Origin: an uncultured Nitrospiraceae bacterium
Lineage (GTDB): Bacteria > Nitrospirota > Nitrospiria > Nitrospirales > Nitrospiraceae
Direction of reading: 5' to 3'
Length of the DNA stretch: 64,000 nucleotides
Assembly (NCBI GenBank): GCA_963846575.1
Contig: CAWJWJ010000002.1
Coordinates: 1,920,001-1,984,000 of the forward strand
Part shown: positions 60,847 to 64,000 of the stretch, piece after piece
How the letters are laid out: every line of letters starts with the position of its first letter
Position numbering within the stretch: position 1 is the first letter of the stretch
Position numbers and translations under genes: made by a program
Notes under the pieces: generated by a model
What the model saw: only the letters and a program-made list of their open reading frames with translations
The model's database searches: none
Told to the model about the DNA's origin: nothing

Positions 60847-61545
60847 TTATTGCGGCTGACCTGGAAATACGACCATCGCTTCGCTGGGTACGACGACGGT
60901 GTCCCCTGATTTGAGCTCGAGATTCCCGGCAATGCCGCCTCGCAACACAATATCATCGTAGCTGGACATCAACGTCTGCATGCCGGACCCGTTTTCCCCG
61001 AACCTGAAGATGACCACCTGGTTCCTAGCCGCGACGGGGGTGAACCCGCCCGCAATCGTGATTCCCTGCAGCAAGGTGGTTTTGCTTTTCAGCGGGTATT
61101 TACCGGGCCGGACAACCTCTCCCAACACAAAGATGCTGTAACTGTTCACCTCCTTCACGCTGATCGCCACCACCGGATTCTGCACATATTCTTTCAGTTT
61201 TCGAGTGATCTCATCGGCGAGTTGGGATGGAGTCTTCCCGACAGCCACCACGTCTCGGATGACCGGCAAGGAGAACCTCCCATCGGGACGGACCTGGACC
61301 GTTTTGGAAAGATCTTGATTCCTCCAGATCGTAATTTCCAGCACATCCTCGGCGCCGATGGTATAGGCATCCGTGACTATGTTCGAGAGTTTCTCGATTG
61401 CTTGAGCCGGAGATCCGCTCGAAGGCGAGGCCTCCAATGCATGAACCCCGTTCGATCCAGAACCTGGAGACAGTTGTGCGAAGGCTGGCACCACTCCAGC
61501 GCCCACCATTAACACAAAAATTTGTATGGCAGATAACAAACGCAT
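60847..61545 (-). CDS. Short OPX/Wza-family polysaccharide export protein (non-lipidated signal peptide)
   Basis: AFA|Q signal peptide; IGAEDVLEITIW..DLS...RPDG, VLGEV.RPG, GDTVVVP motifs. Confidence 0.9.
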   Translation of the reverse strand: MRLLSAIQIFVLMVGAGVVPAFAQLSPGSGSNGVHALEASPSSGSPAQAIEKLSNIVTDAYTIGAEDVLEITIWRNQDLSKTVQVRPDGRFSLPVIRDVVAVGKTPSQLADEITRKLKEYVQNPVVAISVKEVNSYSIFVLGEVVRPGKYPLKSKTTLLQGITIAGGFTPVAARNQVVIFRFGENGSGMQTLMSSYDDIVLRGGIAGNLELKSGDTVVVPSEAMVVFPGQPQ

Positions 61546-61603
61546 GATAAGCCCTCCGCACCCTCAACAGTTTGGTCAACCCAAGCAGGAAGAGGTCACG
61601 CGA

Positions 61604-61882
61604 TTAACTTTCTCTTCCCACTTCCTTCACTAGGGCCGCTCGAAGCGACGTGTAATCCAGCACCAGCTCGGCGAATTTGCTTTTGAGGCGACGATTTTCA
61701 ATTTCCAGTAAACGAAGGCGGTCCTTGTCGATCGTTTTGTTATCGCCAACCTTTAAGGTCCAGCGGTACATGGTAGTCCTTGAGACTCCATACTTATGTG
61801 AGATGTCCTTTAACGATCCCCCGGCCTCTACCTCTCGCACAATTGCTCTAATTTGATCCTGAGTGAAGCGTGATTTTGCCAT
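61604..61882 (-). CDS. IS3-family OrfA-like HTH/leucine-zipper protein, without OrfB
   Basis: MAKSRFTQDQI...EVEAG..LKDISHKYGVSRTTMYRW...RLRLLEIENRRLK...LVLD. Confidence 0.8.
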   Translation of the reverse strand: MAKSRFTQDQIRAIVREVEAGGSLKDISHKYGVSRTTMYRWTLKVGDNKTIDKDRLRLLEIENRRLKSKFAELVLDYTSLRAALVKEVGRES

Positions 61883-61946
61883 GCTGGCTTTCCGTACCTT
61901 CTTCGTTCTGCTTACGGGGACGTGGCAAGAAACAACGGGTGGGAGA

Positions 61947-62498
61947 TCAGTGAACCGGGATCACTTCATTCAAATCGATGTGGACGGTGGCAGCCTGCTG
62001 AATCAGGTTCACGCGAATGATAAGACAATCGCGAGTGCCCTTTCGGATCAGTTGTCCTCGAAGGCCGACCAGCGGTCCTCGAACCACTTCCACCCAATCC
62101 CCTTCGACCAGATAGTCGTGGCACTCAAATGAGCGCTCACTTTCAGCCACCTTCATAATGGACGCCAATTCCTCGTCTGGAATGACCTCCGGCATAACCG
62201 AGCCAACAATTCGAACCACTCCCGGTAGCTGGACGACAGCATGACTGTTCGCCAGCGAAAATCTCGCAAAGCAGTAGCCCGAGAACAGCGGACTCAGCGT
62301 CAACACTTTGCGATCGGACCATTGGCTCACTTTTCTCGTCAACGGAAGGAACGGCTCGAGACCAATACCTGCCAGGCGGTCCCTGACCATCTTTTCGTGA
62401 CGAGAGCGCGTACTGATCGCGTACCAATGGAGGTTGGTACTGACAGCTCCCCCGATCGGCTCTATAACCCGAGGATCAGAATTGGATACGTTCAACAT
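61947..62498 (-). CDS. UpxY/RfaH-type NusG-paralog antiterminator
   Basis: WYAISTRSRHEK, FLPL...WSDRK...PLFSGYCF, KOW motif GDWVEVVRGPLVGLRG; first gene of the polysaccharide operon. Confidence 0.9.
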   Translation of the reverse strand: MLNVSNSDPRVIEPIGGAVSTNLHWYAISTRSRHEKMVRDRLAGIGLEPFLPLTRKVSQWSDRKVLTLSPLFSGYCFARFSLANSHAVVQLPGVVRIVGSVMPEVIPDEELASIMKVAESERSFECHDYLVEGDWVEVVRGPLVGLRGQLIRKGTRDCLIIRVNLIQQAATVHIDLNEVIPVH

Positions 62499-63002
62499 AG
62501 CTTCGCCCTCTGAGTCCCAGTTTGGAGGCTACGTTCTACAGATTTCGTTGCACCCTCACATCGGACAATAGTGCCTTTCTGCTGCCAGTTCGCGCCTGCT
62601 TACAAGCAACACCTTTGTGCCTAGAAAGCGTCCCAATTTGTCCGTGGGAACGGTTTGACAGAGAATGGGAGCATTTAGCCCGGAGCGAATCCGTACCCCA
62701 AAGCCCGCAACTACCGCATAAGGTCCTAGGAATGACACTAGTCAAACGACAGGTACTTCAGGCGATGCACAATTATGTACGCCGGCGTTAGTCGCTGAAT
62801 CAGAATGATACAATCTCCGGTAATCCTTGCCCAGTAACGGTTTGACGGGACATGCCGTTATTTTTTAATTTGCCTGGCGCCGGACTGTTGTGCGAGTATG
62901 CGACCACATGAAGGCCATATCCATCACAACTTTAACCTAGCACCTAATGCGTAGTTGATCGATAAGCTGATTCAGCTGTACGTAGCAATGCGTGGGGTAT
63001 AA

Positions 63003-63749
63003 ATGACCGTATCTATATCAGTTGCCGGAGGACAGATGAGCAGTAGCGAAGACAATCCCGTTGTGACGGTGGTGGCCATTGCCAGCAACAACTACCTGCT
63101 GAGGCTCGGACTGCAAAGAATCGTGGAAGTGGAGACATGGATCCGCCTCATCGGCCACGCCGCGAATGCATCGGCTCTGGAAGAGAACTTAGTACGCGAG
63201 AGACCCCACATTATGATCGTCGATACGGAAATCGCATCGGACGTCACCGAATTCATTCGCAAGGTAAGGGCGGCTTCACCGAGGATACGCATCGTTCTAT
63301 TGAGCGGACTTCAGGACTCGGAAAGCACCAGGCGGGCCATCGATTGTGGCGTAGATGGAATTGTTCTCAAGGTACAACCGTCTGCTGTATTGATTGCGAC
63401 GATCCAGCATCTCGCTCCTGCGTCTGAACAAACCCCGGGCCCACTCGGCGAACCAGGAAGACCGTCGAACGGAAACGGTAAGCCGAGCGGTTCCGCAACA
63501 CCCATGGAACATCCCATCCCCGGTGCGATCAGGTGGCCGCAAGGCTTGACGGAGCGAGAGCGCGAGGTGATTCAATTGATCAGCCTAGGACTTTCGAACA
63601 AGGACATCGCCGACCGCCTCTGCATTTCCAGCATCACTGTGCGACATCACCTCACCAACATTTTTGACAAACTCGGCGTTTCCAACCGGCAGAAACTCCT
63701 CATCCGTGCTCACCAGTATGGAATCGTGGAGTTGACCGCTCGAGCGTAA
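63003..63749 (+). CDS. NarL/LuxR-family response regulator (atypical receiver domain)
   Basis: C-terminal LTEREREVI.L...GLSNKDIA.RL.IS..TVRHHLTNIFDKLGV; N-terminal REC-like domain. Confidence 0.92.
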   Translation: MTVSISVAGGQMSSSEDNPVVTVVAIASNNYLLRLGLQRIVEVETWIRLIGHAANASALEENLVRERPHIMIVDTEIASDVTEFIRKVRAASPRIRIVLLSGLQDSESTRRAIDCGVDGIVLKVQPSAVLIATIQHLAPASEQTPGPLGEPGRPSNGNGKPSGSATPMEHPIPGAIRWPQGLTEREREVIQLISLGLSNKDIADRLCISSITVRHHLTNIFDKLGVSNRQKLLIRAHQYGIVELTARA

Positions 63750-64000
63750 CCCGACCTATCACATATTTCAGGCCACAGTGTCGTTTCTATTTTAATCCGA
63801 ATTGAGATCGCAGCACTGTGAGACGGACTCACGATTGCGCAGCCGGTGAGAAGTAGGTATGAGCGGGCACTTAAGCAGTCAGGATCCACCACCAGCCGTG
63901 CTGCGATATGTTATGCACTCATTCGTGCGACACGAATGGAATCACATCTTGCTCGTGACGGGCGGGGTCGGGAAATGGCTGCGAACCCTTCGACTGGACC

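Noticed and set aside
19342..61882. Calling the two transposase-like ORFs active IS elements
   Set aside because: Neither has a DDE catalytic domain, visible terminal inverted repeats or target duplications.
62605..62623. Sigma54-like AGGCAC...TTGC upstream of upxY
   Set aside because: GG-to-GC spacing is 12 nt, not the required 10.
1..64000. CRISPR arrays, tRNA/rRNA genes, prophage or defence genes
   Set aside because: No regularly spaced repeats, tRNA/rRNA signatures or recognisable phage/defence proteins seen by eye; a tRNAscan/Rfam/CRISPR scan would confirm.

Overview
Bacterial chromosome segment; gene content and style suggest a Nitrospira-like organism (inference, not verifiable here). 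It has three parts. (1) 1-8.1 kb: a minus-strand cobalamin uptake and salvage operon (btuF-btuC-btuD-btuB-cbiA-cobO-CWC protein-pduO) with two cobalamin riboswitches, one leading and one internal. (2) 8.2-9.5 kb: a SemiSWEET transporter, rpmB and a small lipoprotein. (3) 9.7-63.7 kb: a ~53 kb mostly minus-strand surface-polysaccharide/PEP-CTERM (exosortase) locus. It is headed by a UpxY/RfaH-type antiterminator and a divergent LuxR-family regulator. It encodes two short OPX proteins, an outer-membrane beta-barrel, Wzm/Wzt, a Wzy/ligase-like protein, many glycosyltransferases and tailoring enzymes, an exosortase with a very small PEP-CTERM-like substrate, and a Wzc-like co-polymerase/tyrosine kinase split by a 1-nt frameshift in a G6 run. 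The most unusual signals are two intact transposase-derived DNA-binding ORFs without catalytic domains (IS3 OrfA-like and IS481 N-terminal-like) near the heads of the transcription units, the miniature PEP-CTERM protein, and a sigma54/IHF-driven gene lying antisense inside the operon. All calls rest on motif recognition by eye; no database search was run.
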